A stretch of 64,000 nucleotides of DNA from an uncultured Spirochaetota bacterium (GTDB taxonomy: Bacteria; Spirochaetota; Spirochaetia; SZUA-6; Fen-1364): the NCBI GenBank assembly GCA_963820525.1, contig CAWGAA010000003.1, positions 1,014,022 through 1,078,021 on the forward strand, in the 5' to 3' direction. The position numbers were made by a program, and so were the translations under genes. Of this stretch, positions 1-10,172 are shown piece after piece; positions within the stretch are counted from its first letter, which is position 1, and each line of letters begins with the position of its first letter. Under the pieces are notes generated by a model. It searched no databases, was not told where the DNA came from, and saw nothing but the letters and a program-made list of their open reading frames with translations.

Positions 1-1146
1 GCGGGCGACGGTTGCCGAGGAAACCCCAAGGCCGCCGAAGTCGTCGAGGATGGTCGCGAACAGGTCGTCAATTTCGTGCCGAATCCTCTGCGGGGAGAGG
101 CCCGCGCCGCGCATGGCGCGGAAAAAGGCGTCCGCCTGCGCCCCGGTCTCCGCGGCGTCACCCGACAGCAGGGAACGGCAGAGCTTTTCGCTTCGCGATC
201 TGAGCTCCGCGATGCAGGCGGGATCGTCCTCCCTGGCTTGCGTGTAACGGAACGCCTTTCCCGCTTCCGTGACCAGGCGGCAGGCCAGAGCGGCCGTGGC
301 CTCATCATAGGTCCGGGAGGCGTCGACCCAGCTCTCGTAAGCCCTGCCGATCCCGACCGTCGTCTCCGGCCCGGAGGCGGCGACGGCTTTTACGCCGACG
401 ATCTCCGCCTGTCTGTCGCAGCTCTGTGCGTCTGCTTCGAAGACGAGGACGGCCTCGCGGTCCTCCCGCGGTCGGAAAACGAGGGCCCTGCGGGCCGAGC
501 CGGCGGCCTGGGCCAGGGGCTGCGGGAGGAGACCATCAGCGGCCCCCGCCCCCTCGCCGGCCTGTCCTTCGGGAATGGACGGGGGCCTCTCGGCGACTAC
601 TGCTACGCACGCGAGGCCCTTCGGGGAGAAGCCGAACAGGTCACGGAACTTCTCTTCGGAAATGCCCGGCGTTCCCGAGACGATGTCCAGGAGGCTGCGC
701 ACTTTGAGAAGGCTTTCTCCCCTGTCGGCCCGCTCCTTGAGCATTGTTTCGTCCTCGCGGGAGCGCCGGTCGGCGTCGAGCTTCGCCTTGAGCTTGACCA
801 CGAGGTTGCCGAGCTCACGCGAGGTCACCGGCTTCAGCACGTAGTCGAAGACCTTCGTCCTGATCGCCTTCTGGGCGTATTCGAACTCGTCATAGCCGGA
901 GAGGATAACGACAAGGGTGTCGGGGCAGTTTTCGGCCGCGTACGCCGCCACCGCCAGCCCGTCGACGTGGGGCATGTAGATGTCGGTCATCACCACGTCG
1001 GGATGAAGGCTGTCGATGGCTTCGATTGCCTCCCTGCCGTCGCGGCAGGGCTCCAGGAACTCGAAGCCGAGGCTCTTCCAGTCGATCTTGTCGGTGAATC
1101 CGCGGCGGACGATCTCTTCGTCGTCCACCATCAAAAACCTGTACAT
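1..1146 (-). CDS. Two-component response regulator, YesN/AraC type (partial, runs off the left edge)
   Basis: Manual translation from ATG at 1146: MYRFLMVDDEEIVRRGF...DVVMTDIYMPHVDGL...VVILSGYDEFEYAQKAIRTKVFDYVLKPV, a receiver domain typical of YesN-like regulators. Absent from the ORF track because it has no stop in the window. Confidence 0.85.
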   Translation of the reverse strand, partial: MYRFLMVDDEEIVRRGFTDKIDWKSLGFEFLEPCRDGREAIEAIDSLHPDVVMTDIYMPHVDGLAVAAYAAENCPDTLVVILSGYDEFEYAQKAIRTKVFDYVLKPVTSRELGNLVVKLKAKLDADRRSREDETMLKERADRGESLLKVRSLLDIVSGTPGISEEKFRDLFGFSPKGLACVAVVAERPPSIPEGQAGEGAGAADGLLPQPLAQAAGSARRALVFRPREDREAVLVFEADAQSCDRQAEIVGVKAVAASGPETTVGIGRAYESWVDASRTYDEATAALACRLVTEAGKAFRYTQAREDDPACIAELRSRSEKLCRSLLSGDAAETGAQADAFFRAMRGAGLSPQRIRHEIDDLFATILDDFGGLGVSSATVAR

Positions 1147-1252
1147 TACTGGTGCCGTCCGCTGTGCGTATGTCATCTTCGCCCGCAATGAACGAGCCAT
1201 AATAAACCCTCTTGCTCAAGAGATGAAAGCGGCTGACGTGCCCCCTTCCCCG

Positions 1253-1291
1253 AAAAAAAATGGCCGTCCGTCTCTTTCGACACGGGCGGCC
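1253..1291 (-). terminator. Rho-independent terminator after the sugar-binding protein gene
   Basis: Minus strand GGCCGCCCGT...ACGGACGGCCA hairpin followed by T8. Confidence 0.75.
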
Positions 1292-1356
1292 GTCAGGGCG
1301 TTCCCTCGGGAACGCCCTGGGGCAGCATCAGAGAGGTTCAGAGAACCGAGATCGGT

Positions 1357-2316
1357 TTAATACAGGACGTTCTTCGCTGCGGTGCTGTCGATGTTGTCCT
1401 TGGTCACGATAATGAACCCGGTGTCGACCTTTGCCGGGACCTTCTTCTTCGCAATAGCGGCGTCATACGCGGTTTTGACCCCGAGATAGCCCATATTGTA
1501 GGAGCTCTGCACGGCGATTGCCTGCAAGGTGCCGTCCTTGATGAAGTTCTGCAGGGGCGCATTGCCGTCAAAGCCGATCGCAACGATCTTTCCGGCGAGC
1601 CCTGCCTGCGCGATGGCACGACCCATTCCAACCGCGGTAGGCTCATTGGCGCCAAAGATACCCACGAGGTCCGGGTTCGCGGCAAGGACGTTGGTGGTCT
1701 GGTTGAGCGCGGTGGGCATGTCGGCGTTGGAGTACTGGGTGGTCACGATCTTAAGGTGCGAGTTCTTTGCGATGTAGTCCTTAAATCCGCCCACGCGGCC
1801 GATCTCTGAACCGACGCCTGCAACATAGGACATGACCGCGATATTTCCCGAGTCGCTGCCGGTCGCCGCCTTCACGCGATCGATAAGCTCCTTTGCGCAT
1901 GCCCTTCCGGCCGCGTCATTGTCCGTGGCCAGGAAGGAGACGTAGTTCGACGGATCTCCGGTCAGAAGGGAGTCGATGACGACGACCGGGATTCCGGCAG
2001 CCTTCGCCTTCTTCACCACGGGGACCAGGGCGGTTACGTCCGAGGGGGCGAGGACAATGCCCTTGACGCCGCGGTCGATCGCGCTTTCAACGATGTTGAT
2101 CTCCTCGGTGATATTGCTCTCGGATTGGGGCCCGAGGAACGTGACCGAGAGCTTCGGGCTCAGCGCCTTGAGCTCTTTCTGGGCATTGAAACACCCGGTC
2201 TGCACATTCTGCCAGAAACTGGAGTTGCCCGTCTTGACGATGACCGCGATCTCCTGGGCCGAAAGCGCCCCGGCGACGAAGGCCAGCATCATGAGGATGA
2301 TGAGCAGCTTTTTCAT
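1357..2316 (-). CDS. Sugar ABC transporter substrate-binding protein (RbsB/periplasmic-binding-protein type 1)
   Basis: Signal peptide MKKLLII...AGALSA; NSSFWQ, AAGIPVVVID, ATDN, IGFDG motifs; GGAGG RBS before ATG 2316. Confidence 0.9.
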   Translation of the reverse strand: MKKLLIILMMLAFVAGALSAQEIAVIVKTGNSSFWQNVQTGCFNAQKELKALSPKLSVTFLGPQSESNITEEINIVESAIDRGVKGIVLAPSDVTALVPVVKKAKAAGIPVVVIDSLLTGDPSNYVSFLATDNDAAGRACAKELIDRVKAATGSDSGNIAVMSYVAGVGSEIGRVGGFKDYIAKNSHLKIVTTQYSNADMPTALNQTTNVLAANPDLVGIFGANEPTAVGMGRAIAQAGLAGKIVAIGFDGNAPLQNFIKDGTLQAIAVQSSYNMGYLGVKTAYDAAIAKKKVPAKVDTGFIIVTKDNIDSTAAKNVLY

Positions 2317-2418
2317 AAAAACCTCCTTCACGAATATCACAGTCCATACGGACTGCGTTTCCCGATGGTATGATGTCCTGCGCGGACTTCGCCGCTGCGG
2401 GACGACAACTCCCTGCCG

Positions 2419-3423
2419 CTACTTCCTCCTGATCTGATCGAAGTATACGGCGAAAATGACGACGAGCCCGATAACGATCTGCTGCATGAAGTAATTCGCC
2501 CCCTGCATCGTGAGACCGACCGTGAGTATGCCGATGATAAAAGACCCGATCACCGTCCCTCCCACCGTGCCCACGCCCCCCATGAAGCTCGTACCGCCAA
2601 TGATGGCGGCGGCAATTGCGTTCAGCTCATAGCCCACTGCGCTGTTGGGCTGGGAGGTGACCATCCGCGAGGCGAGGATGATGCCGACCAGGCCCGCGAG
2701 CAAGGCGCAGAAGATGTAGTTGACGATTTTGACCTGGCCGACCTTGATCCCGGAAAGCCGCGCCGCCTCTTCATTCGACCCGACGGCGTAGGTGTACCTC
2801 CCGATCCGCGTTTTCTTGAGGATGAAGTGGCAGACGAGGGCTACCACGATCATGATGAGCACCGGGTAGGGTATGCCGGGGAATTGGGGCCCGATCCCGA
2901 AGACGGTGTTGTTGCCCAGCGCGCCGAAGGATTCCGGCGCCGGCTTCGCGTTGGCGTTCGTTATCGTAAGGGCGACCCCGCGAACGACATCCATCATGCC
3001 GAGCGTCGCGATGAAGGGAGGCAGCTTCATCCTGGTGATCAGAAGGCCGTTGACGAGGCCGCAGGCGACTCCGACGAGCAGACCGATGAGCATGCTGGCC
3101 CAGATCGGGACTCCGGCAATCGATGCCATCACGGCGACCGTACCGGTGAGGGCGATGACCGATCCGATGGAGAGATCGATGCCGGCCGTGATGATGGTGA
3201 AGGTCACGCCGATGCCCATGAGGGTTGTCGTGCTTGTCTGCAGGGCGAGGGAAAGGATGCTTCGCATGGTGAAGAAATTCTTCGCCGTTATCGAGAAAAC
3301 GGCAAACAGCACGACAACGGCGCCGAAGGTGATGAACTTGTCCAGGGCCAGCTGGGAACGCCTCTGCACGCCTCCGACCTCCAGGGCGCGCTCTTCGACG
3401 GGTTTCGGTGCGAAATCATTCAT
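2419..3423 (-). CDS. Sugar ABC transporter permease (RbsC-like)
   Basis: GIDLSIG, PPFIATLG, GSNEEAARLSGI, YELNAIAAAIIGGTS motifs. Confidence 0.92.
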   Translation of the reverse strand: MNDFAPKPVEERALEVGGVQRRSQLALDKFITFGAVVVLFAVFSITAKNFFTMRSILSLALQTSTTTLMGIGVTFTIITAGIDLSIGSVIALTGTVAVMASIAGVPIWASMLIGLLVGVACGLVNGLLITRMKLPPFIATLGMMDVVRGVALTITNANAKPAPESFGALGNNTVFGIGPQFPGIPYPVLIMIVVALVCHFILKKTRIGRYTYAVGSNEEAARLSGIKVGQVKIVNYIFCALLAGLVGIILASRMVTSQPNSAVGYELNAIAAAIIGGTSFMGGVGTVGGTVIGSFIIGILTVGLTMQGANYFMQQIVIGLVVIFAVYFDQIRRK

Positions 3424-3438
3424 GACTGTGCCTCTCGT

Positions 3439-4977
3439 TCAGCGGGTTTTGGTGCGGTGCTCGGACCCGCTGCCTGTCGCCGTGCCAACCCCGGCGGCGA
3501 AGTTCAGGATCTCCTCCTGGGTGGTGTCTTTTGTGACCAGCGTCGCTTTGAGACTTCCTTCATGGAGCACCAGGACGCGGTCCGTCATGCCCAGGATCTC
3601 GGAAAGCTCTGCGGAGATCATGATGACCCCGACCCCCCCCCGGGCCAGGCGCTCGATGAGCTCGTAGATCGCGTACTTGGTGCCGACGTCGATGCCGCGG
3701 GTCGGCTCGTCGAAGATTAAAATCTTCGAGTTGCAGAAGAGCCACTTGGCGACGACCACTTTCTGTTGGTTGCCGCCGGAGAGGTTGTTGACCACCTGGG
3801 TGAGACTCGGAGTCTTTATCGTGAGCTCGTCCACGTACTTCTGGCAGGCTTCCAACTCCCGGCTGCGGGAGATCACGCCGAACCTCTGCGAGACGTGCTT
3901 CATGTTGGCCATGGTGACGTTCTCTGCCAGCTGCATCCTCACGGCCAGCCCTTCCAGCTTCCTGTTCTCCGAGAGGTACGCAATCCCCGCCTGTATGGAA
4001 TCCGAGGGCGAGGCCAGGGACAGCCTGCGGCCGTTCATGATCACTTCCCCCGAATCGATGTGATCCGCCCCGAAGATGGCCCTGGCCAGCTCCGATCTGC
4101 CCGCGCCCATGAGGCCCGCAATGCCCAGGATCTCATTCTTGTACAGGTCGAAGGAGATGCCATGAAGGATGCCCTTGCGGACGATGTTTCGGACCTCGAG
4201 GATCTTCTCGCCGGTGGGGATGTTGCGCTTGGGTGGGAACTTGTTCTCCAGCTTGCGTCCCACCATCCGGCTCACGATCTCCTCAATGCTGATCGCGTTG
4301 TACTGGTCGGTGCTGACGTGGTGGCCGTCTCGAAAGATGGATATCCGATCTACGATGTGCTTCAGCTCTTCCAGGCGATGTGAGATGTAGATGATTGCCA
4401 CCCCATGGTCGCGCAGCGTGTGAATGACGTTGAAAAGCTCGTCTATCTCGGATTCCGGGAGCGCGCTGGTCGGTTCGTCCATGATGAGGACTTCCGACTC
4501 GAAGGAGAGGGATTTCGCGATCTCCACCATCTGCTGCTTGGAAATGGGAAGCCGGTTAAGCGTTACGGTGGGATCGATATGGAGATTGAGCCGCTCGAGG
4601 ATAGCCACCGCATCCACGTTCATCTTCTTTTCATTGAGGGTCCCCAACCTCGTCAAGGGTTCCCTGCCGATGAAGATGTTGGCGGCCACCGAGAGATGGG
4701 GAATGAGGTTGAGCTCCTGGTAGATGATGGCGATGCCGGCGTCGCGGGCCTGCGTGGAGTCCTGAAACCGGACCTGCTTGCCCTTATACGTGATCACACC
4801 CTCGTCGGCCTGGTAATCTCCGCAGAGAATCCTCATGAGGGTCGATTTGCCCGCCCCGTTTTCGCCGACCAGGGCGTGGACCTCGCCCTTTCGCAGGTCA
4901 AACGATACGCGGTCCAGCGCCTTCACTCCGGGAAAGCTCTTGGAAACGTTCTCTACTTCTAGGATGACCTCGGGCAT
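3439..4977 (-). CDS. Sugar ABC transporter ATP-binding protein (RbsA/MglA-like, two ABC domains)
   Basis: GENGAGKST Walker A, MDEPT, LSGGNQQKV, FDEPTRGIDVG. Confidence 0.95.
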   Translation of the reverse strand: MPEVILEVENVSKSFPGVKALDRVSFDLRKGEVHALVGENGAGKSTLMRILCGDYQADEGVITYKGKQVRFQDSTQARDAGIAIIYQELNLIPHLSVAANIFIGREPLTRLGTLNEKKMNVDAVAILERLNLHIDPTVTLNRLPISKQQMVEIAKSLSFESEVLIMDEPTSALPESEIDELFNVIHTLRDHGVAIIYISHRLEELKHIVDRISIFRDGHHVSTDQYNAISIEEIVSRMVGRKLENKFPPKRNIPTGEKILEVRNIVRKGILHGISFDLYKNEILGIAGLMGAGRSELARAIFGADHIDSGEVIMNGRRLSLASPSDSIQAGIAYLSENRKLEGLAVRMQLAENVTMANMKHVSQRFGVISRSRELEACQKYVDELTIKTPSLTQVVNNLSGGNQQKVVVAKWLFCNSKILIFDEPTRGIDVGTKYAIYELIERLARGGVGVIMISAELSEILGMTDRVLVLHEGSLKATLVTKDTTQEEILNFAAGVGTATGSGSEHRTKTR

Positions 4978-5104
4978 GCGCGCGCAATCCTCTCCCCATC
5001 AGGTATGCACGCTTTCACCGGGCGCGCAATCGAGAATACGGCACAAAGTGTTGGTTTTTCGGCACTCTCTCCGCACGACGCCCGTGCGGCGCCCTTCCGG
5101 GCTT

Positions 5105-6196
5105 TCAGTGCACCACTCTTCTCTTGTTCCTGATGTAGTCGGCGAAGAGGAACTCGCCCAGCTTGTCCGCCGAGGCGAAGTAGGCGCGGCCGTGGTTGAT
5201 CCTGGTCATCTCCTCGACGAAGTCCTGAAGCTCCGGGTCCGTGGCGAGCATGAAGGTGGTGATCGTGATGTTGGCCCTCTTGCAGGCGGCGGCCGCCTCC
5301 AGGGTCTGGTTCCTGATCTTGGGGTCGAAGCCGTAGGGGTTCCTGTACACCCCGCCGTTCTCCTCGATGGCCGTCGGCTTTCCGTCGGTGACCATGAAAA
5401 TCTGCCTGTTCTGCTGCCGTAGGCCCTCGAGGATGGTCTGCGCCATCTCCAGGCCCGCCTTGGTGTTCGTATGGTAGGGGCCCACCTGGAGGTAGGGGAT
5501 GTCCTTGATTTCGATCTCCTTGGCCTCGTCGCCGAAGGTCCCCACCCTCAGCGTGTCCTTTGGGTAGCGGGTGAGGATCAGCTCGGTGAGGGCGAGCGCC
5601 ACCTGCTTGGCGGGGGTGATCCTGTCTTCCCCATAGAGGATCATGCTGTGGCTGATGTCGATCAGGAGAACCGTGGCCGATGAGGAGAGGTGCTCGGTCT
5701 CGTAGACTTCAAAGTCCTCCTCGGCAAGGGTGATCTCGTCCACACCCGCGCGTTTGACCGCGTTGGAGATGGTGCCCAGGGCGTCGATCATGGTCACGGC
5801 GTCTCCGAAACGGTAGGGACGCGTCTCGGTGAGCCTCTCGTCTCCATCCCCCGAGCGGGGAACCCGATGCTGGCCGAATCCCGACTTCACGAGGTTGGAG
5901 AAGATCTGGTTCAGCGAGTCCTTTCGGATCACCTGCTCGCCCTTGGCCGTAAGGGAGTAGCCACCCTCCTTCAGCCGCTCGATGATCCGCTCCTCCTCCA
6001 GGTGCTTTCGAAACTCCTCCAGGTCGAGGTCGGCGCCGATGTTGCCCCGCTCCTGGAGGTACTTCATCCAGCGGAAAACCTGATCCACATCCCCCGCCGC
6101 CATGAGCATGAGGTAGTTGAAGAGGCTCATGAGGTCCTGAAAGCTCTTCAGGAGGCTCTCGAGCGTTTTGTCCCATTCCGAATATTCCCACAACAC
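5105..6196 (-). CDS. VWA domain protein, partner of the upstream AAA+ ATPase
   Basis: MIDAS motif DISHS, TNTKAGL, VTDGKP; probable GTG start at 6196 after GGAGAG. Confidence 0.85.
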   Translation of the reverse strand: MLWEYSEWDKTLESLLKSFQDLMSLFNYLMLMAAGDVDQVFRWMKYLQERGNIGADLDLEEFRKHLEEERIIERLKEGGYSLTAKGEQVIRKDSLNQIFSNLVKSGFGQHRVPRSGDGDERLTETRPYRFGDAVTMIDALGTISNAVKRAGVDEITLAEEDFEVYETEHLSSSATVLLIDISHSMILYGEDRITPAKQVALALTELILTRYPKDTLRVGTFGDEAKEIEIKDIPYLQVGPYHTNTKAGLEMAQTILEGLRQQNRQIFMVTDGKPTAIEENGGVYRNPYGFDPKIRNQTLEAAAACKRANITITTFMLATDPELQDFVEEMTRINHGRAYFASADKLGEFLFADYIRNKRRVVH

Positions 6197-6213
6197 GAGT
6201 TCGGCTCTCCGTA

Positions 6214-7728
6214 TCAGTCCGCGTCGTCCTTTGCCATGTGGTCGAACATCGCCTTGAGCATGTCGCGGTATGCCGTGCGCGTCTTGTCCTCCCACTTGGA
6301 AACCATGGAGTGCTGGTGCAGCCCCTCCAGCACGAACTCCATTCCCGGGGCCAGGCCGTCGCGCTCCGTGAGGCTCAGGTACTTCGAGGTCATCTCCTTC
6401 AACCCGTCCACCTTCTCCAGGCGCTGGCTGTACTCGCTGAAGGGGATCTCGTCTGAGGTCTCCACCGTGTTGCCCTTGGAAAACCAGTTGAGGATGGGCT
6501 GGAAGGGAGTGGCCTCCTGCCGCGACGAGCGCGACGGCTGCCCCTCCTCAACCTCCCTCTTCTGCTTCTTGGGCACCGGGTTGGGGAAGTAGCGGCGGAA
6601 CGACTCCTTGACCGCCTCCCCGATGATCTTTCGCGCCACGATCGCCGCGCCCTGCTGCTCCCCCTCGTAGACGAGCTCCACCTTGCCCGTGATGGCCGTG
6701 ACGGCGGCATGGAGGTCGCTTATCCGGGGATACACCCTCTTCTCTCCATGCAGGAGCCCGCGCCTCTCCATGTTGGAAAGCACGTTCTCCATGAGGGAGA
6801 TGCTCATCCGCGCGGAGACCCCCGAGGCCTGGTTGACGTACTCGCTCTTTCTTGCAGCGAAAGCCACCTCCTCGATCAGCTCGCGGAACCACTGGGGCAT
6901 CTCCAGCTCGAAGTTGCCGTCCCTCTCGGTCCATGCCTCCTGCGCCGTGATGGCGAGGGCCGCCGCGCGGTCTGTGGGGTAGTGCGTGATGATCTGCGAA
7001 TCGATCCTGTCCTTCAGAGGCGTGATGATGTTGCCCCGATTGGTGTAATCCTCGGGGTTCGCCGAGTAGACCATGATGATGTCGAGGGACAGCCTGACGG
7101 GGAAGCCCCGGATCTGGATGTCCTTCTCTTCCATTATATTGAGAAGGCCCACCTGGATGCGGGGGGGAAGATCGGGCAGCTCGTTGATGGAGAAGATGCC
7201 GCGGTTTGTCCGCGGGATGATTCCGTAATGGATGACTTCCTCGTCCGCGTAGGTGAGCTTGCGCGTCGCCGCCTTGATGGGGTCGATGTCGCCGATGAGG
7301 TCCGCGATGGTCACGTCGGGAGTGGCCAGCTTTTCGCGGTAGCGGTCCTCGCGCGAGAGCCATTCGATGGGAGTCTCGTCTCCCATGTCCGCCACCGCCG
7401 CCCTCCCCTTCTTGCTGATGGGATGGAAGGGGTCGTCGTTGGTCTCGGTGCCCGCGATCACGGGCAGCCGCTCGTCGAGAAAGCGCACCAGCCCGCGCAG
7501 GATGCGCGTCTTGGCCTGGCCGCGGAGGCCGAGGAGGATGAAGTCGTGCCGCGAGAGAATCGCGTTCACCAATCCGGGGACAACGGTCTTCTCGAATCCG
7601 ATGATGCCGGGGAACAGATCCTCCTTGTCCCGAAGCATGCGGATCATGTTTTCGCGCATCTCGTCCTTCACGCTTCGGGGACGATACCCCGACTTCTTCA
7701 ATTCACTGAGGGTTCTTGGGAGTTCCAC
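6214..7728 (-). CDS. Magnesium-chelatase-like AAA+ ATPase (Rv0958-like family)
   Basis: GLRGQAKT Walker A variant, NRGIFSINELPDL, NPEDYTNRG; GTG 7728 preceded by GGAGG. Confidence 0.85.
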   Translation of the reverse strand: MELPRTLSELKKSGYRPRSVKDEMRENMIRMLRDKEDLFPGIIGFEKTVVPGLVNAILSRHDFILLGLRGQAKTRILRGLVRFLDERLPVIAGTETNDDPFHPISKKGRAAVADMGDETPIEWLSREDRYREKLATPDVTIADLIGDIDPIKAATRKLTYADEEVIHYGIIPRTNRGIFSINELPDLPPRIQVGLLNIMEEKDIQIRGFPVRLSLDIIMVYSANPEDYTNRGNIITPLKDRIDSQIITHYPTDRAAALAITAQEAWTERDGNFELEMPQWFRELIEEVAFAARKSEYVNQASGVSARMSISLMENVLSNMERRGLLHGEKRVYPRISDLHAAVTAITGKVELVYEGEQQGAAIVARKIIGEAVKESFRRYFPNPVPKKQKREVEEGQPSRSSRQEATPFQPILNWFSKGNTVETSDEIPFSEYSQRLEKVDGLKEMTSKYLSLTERDGLAPGMEFVLEGLHQHSMVSKWEDKTRTAYRDMLKAMFDHMAKDDAD

Positions 7729-7923
7729 ACCTTCCTCCTGGGATACCCTAAAGGTACTGATATTCGAAGCTTCGGGGAAATGCCGGGCGGTTCGGGTTGG
7801 GGCGGTGCTGGCTGGGGCGTCACGGGTCGGGAACGAACTTGTATCCATGCCGCGGCGACGCCGAGCCTTCCCGTCTGCCGGGGGAGCTCTGGCAAGGGGT
7901 TGGGCACGACCGCCTTGGGCGGA

Positions 7924-9348
7924 TTAAAATTTGCTATCAAATGCTAAATAGACGACTCTGTTCTGCTTCCACGCGCCGAGGGTCGTCGATGCGGTGCCTT
8001 GGAAGATCATGACGCCGAGCTTCAAAGTCATGTTCAGTGAGGGGAGGTACTGGATGTCCAGGCCGCCCATGACACCGTAATTGTTGGAGATGTAGCCCCC
8101 GATGTCGCTGGAGGAAAAGGCATCGGAGATGTTGTTGACGTTTGCCATCCCCGTCGCGCCGAGCGTGAGCTTGTCCGAAAGGAGGCTCACCTCGAGCCTG
8201 AGCAGGGCGTAATCCTGGAGCCTCTCCGAACCCGTGTTGCCGCGCTCGTTGAAGAAGCCATGATTGTACTGGAGGTTGAAATAGAAGATTCCCCCGATTT
8301 TCTGGCTTATTCCCACGGTATATTTCGCGTAGGGCTGGTCGGAAACCGCCGTGGCGATGGTTTCGTTCAGAAGGGCTTGCGATGCGTTGTCATATGTCTT
8401 GATCGATGTCGTTTGCTTTTCAGGGAAGAACACGCCGACCTCGGCCCATGCCAGGACGACTGCGAAGTCCTTGGCGAGGTCGAATCCCACCTCCTGCTCG
8501 CGGTAATATGCCAGGGTATAGGAATTGCTGTTCAGAGTGAGCGGCGGCAATCCCGGAGTGACGAACAGGTCGACTTCCTTCACGGAGGGCATGTCGTTGA
8601 TCCGGGTGACGTAATTGGCGGAGAGATCGAAACCGGCGATCGAAGCCCCCACCTTCGCTCCGAGAGCATAGCTTCGAAAGTCGTACTGCGGCGCTTGCGC
8701 CGTCTCGGATTCCCATCCCGGGATCGCGTCGACGAAGCCGGCGGTAGTGCCGGCGTACAGCTTTTGGGAAAGCGACTGAATCATGGCGGGATTGAGCAGC
8801 GCCACCTGTGAATAGGGCTCGTAGACCACCTGGATGAAGCTGTCGAGCGCCGGCAGGGTGTAGGTGAGGTTCAAGGCCACGGACGGCGTTTTCCTGCCGA
8901 AGTCCAACGGATCCGAGAAATCCAAGGGATTGAGCAGGTCTGTGGGGTTGAGCCGATCCGCCGTACCCCAGGCGATCCGCTGTTTGCCGACGGTAAGATC
9001 GAGCCCTGAGAAAATGAAGCCGGTGCAGGTGAGATATGCCTCCTCAAGGTCTATCTCCACCGGATAGACGGAGGAGAGAACGCCGAGCTCTCTGGACGTC
9101 AGAATGTTGCTCATTGATTGGCTGCCGATGGGATCATTGAAATAGCGGGCATGGAGCTTCACCTTGCAGTAGAGATTGTCATCGACCTGCTGCTCGAAGG
9201 CCAGCCCCGCGTTTTCCTGGTTGAAGAGAAACCTGCCGTCGTCGAGGCTCAGACGCGTTTCAGTGGAAAGCTCTCCGTTCACGTCGAGGGCCCACCCTCC
9301 CGCTGCAATAAAGCAGGCCAAAGCGAGGAGAAGACCTCTCCTTTTCAT
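7924..9348 (-). CDS. Putative outer-membrane beta-barrel protein (DUF1302-like)
   Basis: Signal peptide; EAY..., DLTVGKQRIAWGTADRLNPTD motif; C-terminal YLAFDSKF with terminal Phe. Confidence 0.7.
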   Translation of the reverse strand: MKRRGLLLALACFIAAGGWALDVNGELSTETRLSLDDGRFLFNQENAGLAFEQQVDDNLYCKVKLHARYFNDPIGSQSMSNILTSRELGVLSSVYPVEIDLEEAYLTCTGFIFSGLDLTVGKQRIAWGTADRLNPTDLLNPLDFSDPLDFGRKTPSVALNLTYTLPALDSFIQVVYEPYSQVALLNPAMIQSLSQKLYAGTTAGFVDAIPGWESETAQAPQYDFRSYALGAKVGASIAGFDLSANYVTRINDMPSVKEVDLFVTPGLPPLTLNSNSYTLAYYREQEVGFDLAKDFAVVLAWAEVGVFFPEKQTTSIKTYDNASQALLNETIATAVSDQPYAKYTVGISQKIGGIFYFNLQYNHGFFNERGNTGSERLQDYALLRLEVSLLSDKLTLGATGMANVNNISDAFSSSDIGGYISNNYGVMGGLDIQYLPSLNMTLKLGVMIFQGTASTTLGAWKQNRVVYLAFDSKF

Positions 9349-9397
9349 GACTATCCTCCTCTTCGGGGCGGCCAAAGGCCGCGCGCAAGTACCGCCT

Positions 9398-10147
9398 CTA
9401 GGGCTTCTTCTTCAAGAACCGCTTTGAAAACACGTCCTTGGCTTCGAGGCCCTGATCGAACCTGATATCGCTGATCGTCATCTCCGTGTAGTGTTTCTTC
9501 TCCCGATTCTCCATCCGCAGCCGCGTGGGCACCATGTATGCGTCGGTCTTCTTCACTTCGAGAATAGACAGAAGCTTCTGCATTCTCGTGCTTCGATACA
9601 TCTCGATGGTCCGGGGAACGTAGTCGGCCTTGTCCACCACCATGACGAGCCGGTCGTATGGGCGATCGACCCCGGCCTTCTTCACGAGCGCCAGGGTCCA
9701 TGAGGCGTCGTCTTCGGCCGTCACCTCCGCGGCGTAGTCCTTCTTGTAGTCGAAGCTTCCCATTTCGTTATAGGAGAAATCTGTTCCCTGGAAGTCATCG
9801 TTCTTGCTCCCGCCTTCGATCCTTCTGATCTTGTTCTGTGCCGGAAGGTAGAGGTACATCTCGTCGGAACTCTCCGTGAGCAGCCCTATGCCTTCGATTC
9901 CCGGAGGGGAAACGAACTTGATGACCCTCTTTTCCTTGCCGGAAATCCAGATCCTCAGGGACCTCTGTTCCTTCTGCGTCCCGTCGGAGTTCGCCAGCAC
10001 CATCGTGGAAAGCCCCTCATAATCCTTCGGACCGGTAAGAGCCTGCTCGGCCTTCGCGAGAATCTCGTCACCGGTGAGGCCAAAGGCGCTCCCGCCCGCT
10101 CGAAGGGCGAGCATGAATGCCAGACATGTGATGGATGTCTTTCTCAT
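9398..10147 (-). CDS. LolA-like outer membrane lipoprotein-sorting protein
   Basis: Signal peptide; KFVSPP, YLYLPAQNKIRRI, FQGTDFSYNEM, FSKRFL motifs. Confidence 0.8.
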   Translation of the reverse strand: MRKTSITCLAFMLALRAGGSAFGLTGDEILAKAEQALTGPKDYEGLSTMVLANSDGTQKEQRSLRIWISGKEKRVIKFVSPPGIEGIGLLTESSDEMYLYLPAQNKIRRIEGGSKNDDFQGTDFSYNEMGSFDYKKDYAAEVTAEDDASWTLALVKKAGVDRPYDRLVMVVDKADYVPRTIEMYRSTRMQKLLSILEVKKTDAYMVPTRLRMENREKKHYTEMTISDIRFDQGLEAKDVFSKRFLKKKP

Positions 10148-10172
10148 GATCCACCTCCTCATGATGGAATCG

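Noticed and set aside
76..1191. 371-aa plus-strand ORF
   Set aside because: Antisense shadow of the minus-strand response regulator; no recognisable motifs.
7730..7923. Riboswitch or leader upstream of the AAA+ gene
   Set aside because: No conserved aptamer motifs recognised.
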